A stretch of 64,000 nucleotides of DNA from the NCBI GenBank assembly GCA_963976765.1, contig CAXBME010000009.1, positions 186,001 to 250,000 on the forward strand, in the 5' to 3' direction. A program made the translations under genes and the position numbers. Within the stretch, counting starts at the first letter, position 1. Each line of letters begins with the position of its first letter. The notes under the pieces are model-generated. The model worked only from the letters and a program-made list of their open reading frames with translations. It searched no databases and had not been told where the DNA came from. Shown piece by piece: positions 20,405 to 30,909 of this stretch. This DNA is from an uncultured Planctomycetaceae bacterium (GTDB lineage: Bacteria > Planctomycetota > Planctomycetia > Planctomycetales > Planctomycetaceae).

Positions 20405-21832
20405 CTAACTGCTAACTGTCGCCGCTTCCACGTCGTTGGATGGCGTCTCGTCACCCGCAACAGCGTGAGCAACACCGTTCGAGAAGTATCGGCTGGTTCC
20501 CTGACACGAGACCGCCTCACCAAGTCGACCAAGAGCGTGCGCATACGCGGCCGTTCGCATGTCGATTTGTTCTCGCGTCATCAGATCGTGGATCGCGTTG
20601 AACTCGCGGGCCATGATTGTGTGCAGTCGCGTCTGCACTTCCTCTTCGGTCCAGTAGTAACCGGCTCGATTCTGCGTCCATTCGAAATAGCTGACCGTGA
20701 CTCCACCGGCATTGGCCAGAATGTCGGGCACGACCAGCGTCCCGCGATGGTTCAGGATTTCATCCGCCGTGCCGGTCACCGGTCCGTTGGCGACCTCAAC
20801 GATGACCGGAGCCTGAATGCGCTCGGCATTGTCCGCGGTGATCTGATTCTCGAGGGCAGACGGGATCAGGATGTCGACATCGAGTTCCAGCAGTTGCCCA
20901 TTGGAGATGATCTCACTGCGCTCACCACGACCGTCGCCGCAGTGACAGTCCTCGCACTGACACTCGGGCGAGCCGCAGACCGGACAATCACACACGGACG
21001 ACTCGCTGTAGACAGAACTTTCCAGACTGCGTGTCCGGTTCTTGATATCGATCAGACAGGGAATCGTATGTCCTGCTTTCTGATACACGCCGCCACGGGA
21101 ATCGCTGACAGCCACAATCCGATACCCATCGTCATACAGCAATCGCGCGACATGCTGTCCTGCGTTGCCGAATCCCTGGACGGCGACACGGATATCGGCG
21201 GGATTCCAGCCGCGAATGCGCTCCAGTTCTTTAATGCAGTAGTAAGCGCCGCGACCAGTGGCATCATCGCGGCCCAGGCTGCCGCCGAGCGGTATGGGTT
21301 TGCCGGTGATCACCGCCGGAGTGCGCTGACGACGAATCTTCGAGTATTCGTCCATCATCCAGCCCATGATCATCGCGTTGGTATAAACATCCGGAGCCGG
21401 CACGTCGGTTTCCGGGCCGATGAAGTCGGCAATGCGTTCGATGAAGCCGCGACTGAGTCGTTCCAGTTCCAGCCGGGAAAGCTGCTTCGGGTCGACAATC
21501 ACACCACCCTTGCCACCGCCGAAGGGAATCCCGACGACGGCACACTTGCACGTCATCCAGAACGCCAGTGCTTTGACCTCTCCCAGATGCACATTGGGAT
21601 GAAACCGGATTCCACCCTTGGTGGGTCCCCGGGTATCGTCATGACGGACGCGGTAGCCGTGAAACACCTGCAGCGACCCGTCATCCATACGGACCGGGAT
21701 CGACACTTCCAGCACCTGCTTCGGTGACTTCAACCGCAGCAACGCTTCCTCGTCGAGGTCCGCATACGCAGCCGCTCTGTCCAGTCGCTTGATGGCATCT
21801 GCAAAAATGTCGGCATCCTTGTCGTGTGTCAT
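20405..21832 (-). CDS. gdhA: Glu/Leu/Phe/Val dehydrogenase (glutamate dehydrogenase) with Cys-rich insert
   Basis: [55 protein letters not shown] overlap with antiporter stop. Confidence 0.93.
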   Translation of the reverse strand: MTHDKDADIFADAIKRLDRAAAYADLDEEALLRLKSPKQVLEVSIPVRMDDGSLQVFHGYRVRHDDTRGPTKGGIRFHPNVHLGEVKALAFWMTCKCAVVGIPFGGGKGGVIVDPKQLSRLELERLSRGFIERIADFIGPETDVPAPDVYTNAMIMGWMMDEYSKIRRQRTPAVITGKPIPLGGSLGRDDATGRGAYYCIKELERIRGWNPADIRVAVQGFGNAGQHVARLLYDDGYRIVAVSDSRGGVYQKAGHTIPCLIDIKNRTRSLESSVYSESSVCDCPVCGSPECQCEDCHCGDGRGERSEIISNGQLLELDVDILIPSALENQITADNAERIQAPVIVEVANGPVTGTADEILNHRGTLVVPDILANAGGVTVSYFEWTQNRAGYYWTEEEVQTRLHTIMAREFNAIHDLMTREQIDMRTAAYAHALGRLGEAVSCQGTSRYFSNGVAHAVAGDETPSNDVEAATVSS

Positions 21833-23133
21833 GTCGAACTCGCTTTCTGATCCGCCGCAGATTCCGCCGATGTCCGGCAACAAAAGGGCAACTCTTTGAT
21901 CTGTTTGTGCTCCGGGAGATGAGTCGTCATTTCTGTCGGCTTAGTGCGACCGCCGTACCAGCGGGCGAAGGGAACGGCAGTCAAACCATGAGCGAAAACG
22001 CTCAAGAGCACCACTGTCATGACGGCAATGAAAATCTCATGCCGAAGTGGAACGCGACTGTCCTGAATCACCAGCAGTGCAAACACAACCGATGCCGTTC
22101 CGCGAGGACCGAACCACCCGAGAAACAGCACCGATTTCGGTTGCAATCCACTACCCAGCAGGCTGATCGCGACAGGTATCATTCTTGTCGCCGTGAGGCT
22201 GAGCACCGCAAAGGCCACAGTCGGCAGGGCAATTGCGTCAATGACCTGAGTCGCCATCAGAGCCCCAACCGCGAGAAAAACCAGCAGTGTCAGAAGTTGT
22301 CCTTCGGCCTCTCCAAATTCATGCACCCTTTGGCACACTCCAGGGGCGATATGGCCCATTACGAGCCCGCCGCAGAACGCTGCAATAAAGCCGTTTCCAC
22401 CGATGAGTTCTGCCAGGCCGAAGGCGACTCCTGCCAACGCCAGCGCTGCAAGATCGACAAAGGAACTGGCAGTCCACTCGCGCGATGTCGCCATCTTCAG
22501 CAACCGAGCGCCGACATAGCCAACACCGACACCAGTCAGCGGACCCAGCGTGATCTGCATAGCCGCGAACTGAAACCAATAGGCGGGATCGGCGTCGTGG
22601 CCGGTGGATCGAGCACCACACAGAAACAGCAGCACCAGTGGCACACAGATGCCGTCGTTCAAGCCGCTCTCGACGCTAAGCGTTTGCCGAATGCGAACAG
22701 GCACGATTCTGTTGCCGACCACAGGGTGTGCGAGCGACGCATCCGTCGGTGCAACAATTGCCGCCAGCAATGCAGCGTGCCAGATGGAGAACTCGGGGAA
22801 GCAGCCCATCGCGGCAACGGTTCCAGCAGCAATCGTGAGCGGCAATCCGATCAGCAGCAGACGCACCGGCAGATTGTGCTCGCGCCATAGAAGACGAAGA
22901 TTGATTCGCGATGCGTCGGTAAACAGAACGACGACGAGTGTCAGTTCCGCCAGGACGTGAACTGCAATCGACTCAGGTTCACCTCGCACCCAACCCAGGC
23001 CCTGCGAACCAATGGCAATCCCGATCGCAACAAACGCCATTGGTGGCGTAATGAAACTCCGCTGAGCACGAGCGGAAACCAGACTATAGCTGACAATGGC
23101 CAGTGTGATCGCCGTCAACGCGACAGTGTCCAT
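21829..23133 (-). CDS. Cation:proton antiporter, CPA1/NhaP type
   Basis: APTDA, ESGLNDG, GWFGPRG; GGAG RBS before ATG 23133. Confidence 0.9.
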   Translation of the reverse strand: MDTVALTAITLAIVSYSLVSARAQRSFITPPMAFVAIGIAIGSQGLGWVRGEPESIAVHVLAELTLVVVLFTDASRINLRLLWREHNLPVRLLLIGLPLTIAAGTVAAMGCFPEFSIWHAALLAAIVAPTDASLAHPVVGNRIVPVRIRQTLSVESGLNDGICVPLVLLFLCGARSTGHDADPAYWFQFAAMQITLGPLTGVGVGYVGARLLKMATSREWTASSFVDLAALALAGVAFGLAELIGGNGFIAAFCGGLVMGHIAPGVCQRVHEFGEAEGQLLTLLVFLAVGALMATQVIDAIALPTVAFAVLSLTATRMIPVAISLLGSGLQPKSVLFLGWFGPRGTASVVFALLVIQDSRVPLRHEIFIAVMTVVLLSVFAHGLTAVPFARWYGGRTKPTEMTTHLPEHKQIKELPFCCRTSAESAADQKASST

Positions 23134-23363
23134 CGCCCACTTTCTCCGTGCCCAGCGCGCACTCCCGGCCCCCTGAACAGACAGGCCACAGTCATCCCGG
23201 AACTCGACGCCTCGACAAAACGCCTTGCGACGAGGAAACGAAACGACCGGAAGCGACAAGAGCGACGACGGATCGTGCCCTCTCGCCTCCGGCCAGTTTC
23301 GATACTGCTCAACGCGAGCCAGAACTCGAACGCCTCATCAGGAAGACTCCGACGACTCCCCTG

Positions 23364-24023
23364 CTACTTCTTCGCCTCGCCATGCTTGTGATCGCCGTGC
23401 TTGTCATCGCCATGATGCCCGCCGTGTTCCCCGGCTTTCTTGAGCTTCTCCACCTGAGCCAGCGTCGCGGCGGGATTTGCCTGAGCCTTTGCTGTGCAAC
23501 CTTTGCAGCAGACGAACGCCGGCTTGCCCTTCAGGTCCAGCTTGATGGGAGCGCCCATCGAACCCAGAAAGCTGCCCTCAGCAATCGCACAATACTTCTG
23601 AGCTTCCGCCGCCGCGCGATCCTCGGCCGACAGTTTCGCCAGCACGGCCGACGCCTTCGTCAGTTTCTCTGCCGTTGCCAGAGTGTCTTTGCCACCTTTT
23701 TCCGCACCTTTGACACACCCTTTGCAGCAGACAAAGACAGGTTTGCCTTCCACCATCACCTTCAGCGGCGCACCGTCGGCACCGAGCCGGCTGTAGGTCA
23801 TCATCGGGCAGAACCGCTGCGCCGTCGCCAGCTTCTGGTCGGCAACTGACAGCTTCTTCAGCGTGTCAGCAATCTTTTTCTCCACTTTCATCTGATCATG
23901 ATCATGCTTGTCTCCGTGCTTATGCCCCGGGCCATCGTCCGCCACGGCGAATCCGGTCGCCAGGCCACCAACAAGCAGACCTGCAGTCAATGCTCCGAAA
24001 CAGCTCCATCGTCGTACGCTCAT
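23364..24023 (-). CDS. Secreted His-rich protein with two YHS/TRASH-like metal-binding repeats
   Basis: Twice AQxxC..LG..G.P.K..GKPxFVCCKGC; HKHGDKHDH and GGHHGDDKHGDHKHG tails. Confidence 0.8.
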   Translation of the reverse strand: MSVRRWSCFGALTAGLLVGGLATGFAVADDGPGHKHGDKHDHDQMKVEKKIADTLKKLSVADQKLATAQRFCPMMTYSRLGADGAPLKVMVEGKPVFVCCKGCVKGAEKGGKDTLATAEKLTKASAVLAKLSAEDRAAAEAQKYCAIAEGSFLGSMGAPIKLDLKGKPAFVCCKGCTAKAQANPAATLAQVEKLKKAGEHGGHHGDDKHGDHKHGEAKK

Positions 24024-24125
24024 TCGAGTAATCCTTCAAAAAGCAGACAGGTGAAACGTGAAACCGACATGGCTCACGTTGTTACTACGTTAGATGCCGC
24101 CCAGGTGTTGATTCTTCAATCGAAT

Positions 24126-25049
24126 TCAACTATTTATCCGTCGTCGCCGTACGTGGTCGAGCGCCTCTTTGGTATCCAGTTCCGGTGTCGAGTTCCCGGT
24201 GCGCACGAAGTAGCGTGCTTTCCCATCGTGTTCGACGTACACAGGCCGGTCTGATGGTTCGATCATCACACGACACACGTCCCGACCGTCAACGTCGTGA
24301 AAGACAACATGCAGCAGCGTGCAGACGTCTCCGCCGAGCTTGTCCTTGACGAGCCTCATCAACAGCAATTCGAAACCGTCGCGGTCTTTCTTCCGCAAAG
24401 TTTCATAATCCTCGAGGAGCCCAACCACGGTGCCGTCGTCAGACACTCCGATCAGCAAGTCACCACCGTTGTGGTTCAGGAAGCCCGCGATTGTTTTGAC
24501 AATGACGGTCTCCAGTTGTTTGTTGCACTTGCCATGCACGTGATCCCATCTCAGTGAAGACTTGAACTCGACAGTGGCACTTTCGCCCGCAGTGATCAGC
24601 GAACGAATCGCCATTCCGAATCGACGGTCCAGATGCGAGACGAGCAGCACCTTCCGGGTGATCGACCGTGAATAGAGTCCCGACCACAGTCCCAGCAAAG
24701 TCCCGATGCCGCCAAAGGCCACTGTCATCGGCCACATCTGGGCGGAAAACGCATTGCTCATCCGAGTCGCCACAACCTGCCAGATCGTGGAGTCGGCGAA
24801 CCGGGGATGAAATTCAATGCAGTAGATGACCATCGTTACCGGGTGCAGCACGACGATCCCGAGAACTGATCCGGCCAGTGTGTGAACTGGCAGGATCCAT
24901 CTGAGCCAGTCGCGGCGATGCTCGCTGCGACTGGCCGCATCACCTTCGGCACACTGATCCCATTCCGAGACCCGTGCGCCGACATTGTCGGCGAGACCGG
25001 CAACCGCTGTTGCCGGTTCGCCCTGTATGGCTGTCTGGTTGGCAGGCAC
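24126..25049 (-). CDS. Two-TM protein with C-terminal Schlafen AlbA_2 domain
   Basis: GESATVEFKSS, KTIAGFLNHNGGDLLIGVSDDG, YFVRTGNST; two hydrophobic helices upstream. Confidence 0.8.
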   Translation of the reverse strand: MPANQTAIQGEPATAVAGLADNVGARVSEWDQCAEGDAASRSEHRRDWLRWILPVHTLAGSVLGIVVLHPVTMVIYCIEFHPRFADSTIWQVVATRMSNAFSAQMWPMTVAFGGIGTLLGLWSGLYSRSITRKVLLVSHLDRRFGMAIRSLITAGESATVEFKSSLRWDHVHGKCNKQLETVIVKTIAGFLNHNGGDLLIGVSDDGTVVGLLEDYETLRKKDRDGFELLLMRLVKDKLGGDVCTLLHVVFHDVDGRDVCRVMIEPSDRPVYVEHDGKARYFVRTGNSTPELDTKEALDHVRRRRINS

Positions 25050-25093
25050 TCTGTCGAATTCCTTTCCTGAGTCGTCTCGTTCAACGAGATGTC

Positions 25094-25555
25094 TTACTTC
25101 TTGCTGTGCTCATGCTGATGCTTCGCACCCGAACCAGGTTTAGTCGCACACACGAACATGGCGTCGTCCCCGCAGTTCGAGCAGACGTGGTTCACTTTCT
25201 CGTTCTTCCCTTTGCCCTTGCCGGTACCGACGACCGTGACGGTGCCGCCGCAGACGCATTTATGCTTTTCTCCAATGGTCATCAGCTTGACGTGGGCGTT
25301 GTCCCTGGTCACATGCTGAACCATGACGTGCTTACACATGCTGCACGCCATCGCGAGCGCGTCTCCCGGCTTCAGTGCTTCGGCCTCGGCCTGCGTCGTG
25401 ATGTGACTCATTTGCACCACTTGATGGCCTTGGTGCGCATCATGTTTTTCGTCTGCGGCCTGGGCCGCAACAGACCACCACGCCGCCAGCGCCAAGGTGA
25501 GTGCGAGTCCGGAAGTAAGGCTGATTCTGCTGACGAGTCTGGTGTTCCTGGTCAT
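25094..25555 (-). CDS. Secreted Cys/His-rich protein
   Basis: Signal peptide ending AQA; CSMC, CVC, CSNC..C motifs; HQHEH tail. Confidence 0.7.
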   Translation of the reverse strand: MTRNTRLVSRISLTSGLALTLALAAWWSVAAQAADEKHDAHQGHQVVQMSHITTQAEAEALKPGDALAMACSMCKHVMVQHVTRDNAHVKLMTIGEKHKCVCGGTVTVVGTGKGKGKNEKVNHVCSNCGDDAMFVCATKPGSGAKHQHEHSKK

Positions 25556-25752
25556 GACTGGATCCTTTGTTTGTAGTGGAGGTTTCAAAGCTGTAACGAA
25601 GGTGAAGTTGCGAAACTTCAGGCTGGCTCAACTCGTGCGAGTCCAGCGACGGCAACTGATCACGACATCAACTCGATCTTCAATCTCGATGACGGTTTCA
25701 CATTGTCGAAAAGCGTTTCTCATGTCGCCTTTAAGATCGTGTCGGGAAGAAG

Positions 25753-26043
25753 TCAGGCGACATCGACGAAGCGATTCATTGTGCCGAACTCGTTCGGAAC
25801 GCACTTGGGACATTCGCCCGATGCATGACAGTTTGGCTCGCAGCACCACTGGCCATCGACAACAAACTTGAATTCATAGCGGCCGGGAACGAGGTCCAGT
25901 TCAACGCTCCACTTACCGGACTCGTCTTTTTCCATCGGCGTGGCGTCCGGCTGCCAGTCGTTGAATGTGCCCGCCAGGAAGACGGCCTGGGCCTCTTCCG
26001 CGTGACACTGAAATGCCGTTCCCGTTGTTGTTGACTCGGTCAT
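25753..26043 (-). CDS. Glycogen-binding CBM48 / AMPK-beta-like domain protein
   Basis: VFLAGTFNDW, PM, W..L.LVPGRYEFKFVVDGQW, NEFGTMN; AGGAGG RBS. Confidence 0.88.
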   Translation of the reverse strand: MTESTTTGTAFQCHAEEAQAVFLAGTFNDWQPDATPMEKDESGKWSVELDLVPGRYEFKFVVDGQWCCEPNCHASGECPKCVPNEFGTMNRFVDVA

Positions 26044-26066
26044 GTCACACCTCCTGATGTTTCTCT

Positions 26067-27092
26067 CTAATGTTGGTGAGCGCTGCTGTCTGATCCAGCG
26101 CCCTGGTTTTGACTCGCATGATCGGGCGGCAGGTATCCGATCAGAATCTTCCGCTGCTCGTCCGTGAGCACCCCGGCGGCTTCTCCCACCGCTCGGATGA
26201 ACGCGATCCGTTTCTCCGCCGAGAGTTTCGCGATTTCGCCGACGCGAGCTTCAACCGCTGTCGCGTCCGGACTGTCGGCTGACGTCAGCACCCAGAGCTG
26301 CTGCTCAGCTTCTTCGATCTGCCGGTCGTAACTGCTTTGGGCCAGCAGGGCCGCTTCCTTCAGCTTGTTGAGCTGCGTCTGCTGTTCCGGCGTGAGCGTG
26401 ATGTGTTGCGAGTGATCCAGAAAGAAGCTGGTCGCGCCGATGTGATAAATGTGCGAGGCCCCCGGGAAGCCGGGCAGCGACGACGCCATCTGCATCTGCC
26501 CCATGCCTTTCATGCGGCCCATCATTCCCATGCCCATTCCACCGGATCCCATCATGCCCATGCCACCGGATCCCATCATCCCCATGCCCATGCCGGACAT
26601 GCCGCCCATACCAGAACTGCCGCCGCCCATGCTCATGCCCGACATGTCCGAACTGTTGCCACTGCCCATGTTCATGCCGCCCATCATGCCCATGCCCTTC
26701 ATCATGCCGCCGCCCATGCCCTGCATCCCCATTCCGGACATGCCTTTCATCATGCCGCCCCCCATTTTCATACCACCCATGCCCATCTTCGAATCGGACG
26801 ACATCCCACTCATTCCCTGCATTCCGCCCGTCGGGTCTGACTGCCCGGTGTGGTTCTGCTTGAGCGCCGCTTCCAGCCGCGCCACTTTGTCCTGCAGTTT
26901 CCGCAACTGATCGGCAAGTGATGGTTGCGTAGCCGAGTGATCTGCGTGGTCCGTCGCGCTGGATGCCGCGGGTTTTGACGGCCCCGACTGCGCTGCAACC
27001 TGCGCCGAACCGGAGTGCGGGGCAGACACGGCAATGACGGTTACCACAGCGGCAACCGTCATCAGAGCGAATCGAGGGGCTGGAAGAGTCAT
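26067..27092 (-). CDS. Periplasmic Met/Gly-rich Spy/CpxP/ZraP-like metal-binding protein
   Basis: Signal peptide; about 115-aa M/G-rich tract; LTPEQQ and LTDEQR (LTxxQ) motifs. Confidence 0.75.
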   Translation of the reverse strand: MTLPAPRFALMTVAAVVTVIAVSAPHSGSAQVAAQSGPSKPAASSATDHADHSATQPSLADQLRKLQDKVARLEAALKQNHTGQSDPTGGMQGMSGMSSDSKMGMGGMKMGGGMMKGMSGMGMQGMGGGMMKGMGMMGGMNMGSGNSSDMSGMSMGGGSSGMGGMSGMGMGMMGSGGMGMMGSGGMGMGMMGRMKGMGQMQMASSLPGFPGASHIYHIGATSFFLDHSQHITLTPEQQTQLNKLKEAALLAQSSYDRQIEEAEQQLWVLTSADSPDATAVEARVGEIAKLSAEKRIAFIRAVGEAAGVLTDEQRKILIGYLPPDHASQNQGAGSDSSAHQH

Positions 27093-27273
27093 CAGATTTC
27101 TCCTGAACGTGATTTATCGTGGTCCAGCAGTCGGGACCCGTGAGTGAAACCAGACAGCCCGATGTCGGGAATCGGTCGGCTGCTCGCGACTGCCATTCGT
27201 GACCTGGGTCACCAGGCCCAACTTTGTCGCCGACAAATTCGTGACGATCACGACCTGCATCAGATACCTCTCC

Positions 27274-27288
27274 GCGAACATCGTGCCA
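27274..27288 (-). promoter_or_regulatory. sigma54 -24/-12 promoter (leftward operon)
   Basis: Minus strand TGGCACGATGTTCGC, GG-N10-GC. Confidence 0.6.
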
Positions 27289-27385
27289 GGAAACCGAACA
27301 CGCCGGGAATTGAACTGACCGTCGAGGATTCAGGGATTTCGGATACGCGCGAGAGCGATCGTGAGCCGTAATGGCTCAACACCAA

Positions 27386-27399
27386 GGGCGGTTTCGCCC
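27386..27399. promoter_or_regulatory. Island palindrome
   Basis: aaGGGCGGTTTCGCCCtt between two divergent sigma54 promoters. Confidence 0.65.
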
Positions 27400-27597
27400 T
27401 TCGGTTTCAAGTATCCGTTCGGGATGGCGAGCGGAGACTGTCCGACAGGCGCGTCGCCGGTCGCACCACGATGCAGTCTGAATCACTCGAATCTGATCTG
27501 CTCAGAAACGGCACTGGCTACAATCCCAAAGGAACGTGCAGAATTTCAGTGTGCGTTCATGAACGAAGACTGGCGGCTCGCAGGAAGCAGGTCTGGT

Positions 27598-27612
27598 TGG
27601 CACGCAGTCTGC
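27598..27612 (+). promoter_or_regulatory. sigma54 -24/-12 promoter (hppA)
   Basis: TGGCACGCAGTCTGC, GG-N10-GC. Confidence 0.6.
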
Positions 27613-27711
27613 CCTGTTGCACTCGGAGACTTGCCGCTACTGCGGTATTCGTCGCGCTGAGTCCTCGTGACCTCTGCCGCGGCCTGTCGTCTGCTTTCCA
27701 GGAGTGGCGCT

Positions 27712-30261
27712 GTGTCTGATTCAACCAGATTTCTGTTCCTTGCTCAGCAGGATGTTGCTGGGCTGAACTCGGGACTGAGCCAAGCGGACGGTGGTAACGC
27801 TGTTCTGCTGTGGTGGTTGTTCAGTCTGGCCTGCTCGATTGTCGCACTCGGCTTCGCTCGCTGGTTCTTCCAGTGGATGGTGGCTCAGGAGGACGGCGAT
27901 GAGTTGATGGTAAAAATCGCTGGTCATGTTCGTGACGCTGCCGGTGTCTACCTGCGTCAGCAATACAAAGTGGTTGCATGCTTTTTTGTGGTCACCTCCG
28001 CGGCGCTGGCTGTTGTGGCTTTCGGGTTTCACGCGCTTTCCGGTTGGGTTCCCTTTGCTCTCCTGACGGGTGGGTTCTTTTCCGCACTTGCGGGCTGGTT
28101 CGGAATGGACACCGCCACAATGGCAAGTTCGCGCACGGCTCAAGCGGTGAAGACGTCGCTGAACGCCGGGTTGCAGGTCGCGTTGCGAAGCGGTGCCGTC
28201 ATGGGGCTGACGGTTGTCGGACTTGGGTTATTGAACATCTGCGTGTGGTTCGCCGTGCTGTACTGGGGTGTCGGCATGGAACTTGTTGAGCTGACGGTGA
28301 CGTTGCTGTGCTTCGGCATGGGAGCCAGTGGCCAGGCATTATTTGCAAGAGTCGGCGGCGGAATCTTTACGAAGGCGGCCGACGTAGGGGCAGACCTGGT
28401 TGGCAAAGTCGAGGCCGGTATCCCGGAAGATGATCCACGCAACCCGGCAACGATTGCGGACAACGTGGGCGATAATGTCGGAGACGTCGCCGGAATGGGA
28501 GCGGACCTTTACGAATCCTACTGCGGATCAATCGTCGCCAGTGCGGCCCTGGGAGTCGCAGCATTTAGCGGAGTGCCTCACATGCAGGCGATGTCGTTGT
28601 TGCTGCCAATGGCTCTAGCGGGATGTGGCATTGGCCTGTCGATCATCGGTGTGTTTCAGGTTCGGATGCAAGATGACCAGTCGCAGAAAAGTCTGCTGGC
28701 TGCACTGTCGCGAGGAATCAATATCAGCAGTGGCGGCGTGCTGGTCGTCAGCCTGCTGCTCGTCTGGGTGATGCTCGTTCTGCCGTCGCGAGACGTGGCG
28801 GACGCTCTGATCGAACGCGGCTTACCGTTCGGGAACGCGATGTTCGGTGTGTTCGCGTCGATCGCGACCGGTTTGATCGCTGGAGTGATCATCGGCCAGT
28901 GGACTGCCTACGCGACAAGCGAAGACTCCGCGCCCACACGCCGGATCGCCGAGCAATCAGAGAGCGGCCCCGCCACGGTGATCATCGCCGGGCTGACCGA
29001 GGGATTCTCCAGCGCGTGGGTCCCGATTGTTGTCGTCGGAGCGGCGATCCTTCTTGCCTTTGGATTCTGCACGGGCTTCGATTTCCAGGAGCCGGCGAGT
29101 TTTGCGATTGGACTGTATGGCATAGCCATCGCGGCAGTCGGCATGTTGAGCACGCTGGGGATCACTCTGGCTACCGACGCGTACGGTCCCATCGCTGACA
29201 ACGCTGGTGGGAACGCTGAAATGAGTCATCAGGATGCCAGCGTCCGAGAAAGAACTGACGCCCTGGACAAACTGGGAAACACCACCGCTGCGACCGGTAA
29301 GGGATTCGCCGTGGGATCGGCCGCGCTGACAGCGCTGGCACTACTCGCATCCTACACCGAAGTTGTTCGAACGGGATTCGATCGGTGGGTCGAACAAACT
29401 CCGGTCGTGTCGGATATCCAAGACGGTGATCCCCATTCAGTGCCCGTGCTGAAAATCAACAACAGTCTGATCGCCGCCCGTGACTCGAAGGATCAGCAGA
29501 AGAACTCGGGTTATCTGATCTTTCCGGGCAAGCGACGGACTGGTGGCCTGGAGCTGCAAAAAGTGTTCAATGCGGGAAGGGGCGACGTCGTCAGGGTCAA
29601 TCTGGCAACGCTCGAAGAAAACGATCGGCTGGTGTCCGTTCAGAAGGCCACGATCCCGGACTTCGTTCGCTATTTCGACGTCACGGTCATGAATCCGAAA
29701 GTGCTAGTGGGCATGTTCATGGGAGTCCTGATCACGTTCCTGTTCTGCTCGATGACCATGAAGGCGGTTGGCAATGCGGCGGGCGCGATCGTGACTGAAG
29801 TAAGGCGACAGTTTCGCGAAAGCCCCGGCATCATGCAGGGCACCGTGGACCCGGACTATGCGTCGTGCGTCAGGATCAGCACTGCTGCTGCTCAGAAGGC
29901 GATGATCGGCCCGGCCTTGCTCGGCCTGATTGTGCCCCTCGGCGTGGGTCTGGTGCTGGGAGTCGCTGGCGTGATGGGTATGCTGGCATCAGCACTGACC
30001 GCGGGTTTTGGCATGGCTGTGATGATGTCCAACGCGGGCGCTGCCTGGGACAACGCCAAGAAGTTCATCGAAGGTGGCGCGCTCGGTGGAAAAGGGTCTG
30101 AGGCCCACAAGGCGTCCGTCGTCGGTGACACTGTCGGAGATCCATTCAAAGACACCAGCGGCCCCAGTCTGAATATCCTCATCAAGCTAATCAGCATGGT
30201 GTCGGTCGTCTTTGCAGGACTCGTCGTGCGCTACAGCCTGCAGGCCCTGGAACTGTTCTGA
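27712..30261 (+). CDS. hppA: Membrane-bound K+-dependent (probably Na+-translocating) pyrophosphatase
   Basis: [46 protein letters not shown] (Ala = K+-dependent), [17 protein letters not shown] start after AGGAG. Confidence 0.95.
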   Translation: MSDSTRFLFLAQQDVAGLNSGLSQADGGNAVLLWWLFSLACSIVALGFARWFFQWMVAQEDGDELMVKIAGHVRDAAGVYLRQQYKVVACFFVVTSAALAVVAFGFHALSGWVPFALLTGGFFSALAGWFGMDTATMASSRTAQAVKTSLNAGLQVALRSGAVMGLTVVGLGLLNICVWFAVLYWGVGMELVELTVTLLCFGMGASGQALFARVGGGIFTKAADVGADLVGKVEAGIPEDDPRNPATIADNVGDNVGDVAGMGADLYESYCGSIVASAALGVAAFSGVPHMQAMSLLLPMALAGCGIGLSIIGVFQVRMQDDQSQKSLLAALSRGINISSGGVLVVSLLLVWVMLVLPSRDVADALIERGLPFGNAMFGVFASIATGLIAGVIIGQWTAYATSEDSAPTRRIAEQSESGPATVIIAGLTEGFSSAWVPIVVVGAAILLAFGFCTGFDFQEPASFAIGLYGIAIAAVGMLSTLGITLATDAYGPIADNAGGNAEMSHQDASVRERTDALDKLGNTTAATGKGFAVGSAALTALALLASYTEVVRTGFDRWVEQTPVVSDIQDGDPHSVPVLKINNSLIAARDSKDQQKNSGYLIFPGKRRTGGLELQKVFNAGRGDVVRVNLATLEENDRLVSVQKATIPDFVRYFDVTVMNPKVLVGMFMGVLITFLFCSMTMKAVGNAAGAIVTEVRRQFRESPGIMQGTVDPDYASCVRISTAAAQKAMIGPALLGLIVPLGVGLVLGVAGVMGMLASALTAGFGMAVMMSNAGAAWDNAKKFIEGGALGGKGSEAHKASVVGDTVGDPFKDTSGPSLNILIKLISMVSVVFAGLVVRYSLQALELF

Positions 30262-30375
30262 GCTGGCGTGCTCAACACCTTCCGGACGGCAACGTTGGAG
30301 TGACGGGAATGAAGAAAGTCATCCTCTGGATTACCGTCATACTGCTGGCCCTGGTTATCGTCTGTCACGACTCAG

Positions 30376-30831
30376 TCAGGCTTCCGTGGGTTTTGGAGTC
30401 GGCTGACGGCACAGCGCCCGACGCATCAGCCACATCACAACCGGCGGCACCACAGTCCACTGCAACAGAGGACTGAGTCCGAAGCCGAATAGCTGCGGCA
30501 TGGATTCCGTGTAGGTCCATGTCTCACGGACGGCCGTGTTGAACCACTCGCTGAAGAGCGTGTAGCTGAACCCGCCAATGACAAACAGTACTTTCGGCCA
30601 CAGCCTCTCCGCAGTCGCCCACCTGCGGGAACGTGCCAGCAGTGACACAACCCAGAATGTGATCACCAGAATCATCACGTCACCGCCCGTACAATGCAGT
30701 CGAGTCCACACGACGTACCACAGGCCACGCACATGATCGGTGTAGAGCGACGAATGCGCGAACTCCCAGATCGCGTTGAGCAGCCCGCCCCACACGGCGA
30801 ATTGCACTTCCGGAATCCGCCATGCCCTCAT
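30376..30831 (-). CDS. Small integral membrane protein (about 4 TM)
   Basis: LLNAIWEFAHSSLY, HCTGGD, WTYTESMP..GLSPLLQW; hydrophobic pattern. Confidence 0.7.
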   Translation of the reverse strand: MRAWRIPEVQFAVWGGLLNAIWEFAHSSLYTDHVRGLWYVVWTRLHCTGGDVMILVITFWVVSLLARSRRWATAERLWPKVLFVIGGFSYTLFSEWFNTAVRETWTYTESMPQLFGFGLSPLLQWTVVPPVVMWLMRRALCRQPTPKPTEA

Positions 30832-30909
30832 CGAGATGGCACCTATGGTGCTCCCTTCGCGGGTGATAGCTTCGACGACGCAGATACACTGCGTCTCCCG
30901 AGTCGCACT

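Noticed and set aside
20237..21727. 496-aa + strand ORF
   Set aside because: Antisense shadow of gdhA in high-GC DNA; no motifs.
21826..22890. 354-aa + strand ORF
   Set aside because: Antisense to the CPA1 antiporter; Q/R/C composition typical of reversed membrane-protein codons.
26449..26910. Pro/Met/Ile-rich ORF and periodic repeats
   Set aside because: Reverse complement of the Met/Gly tract; a codon-level repeat, not a CRISPR array or separate gene.
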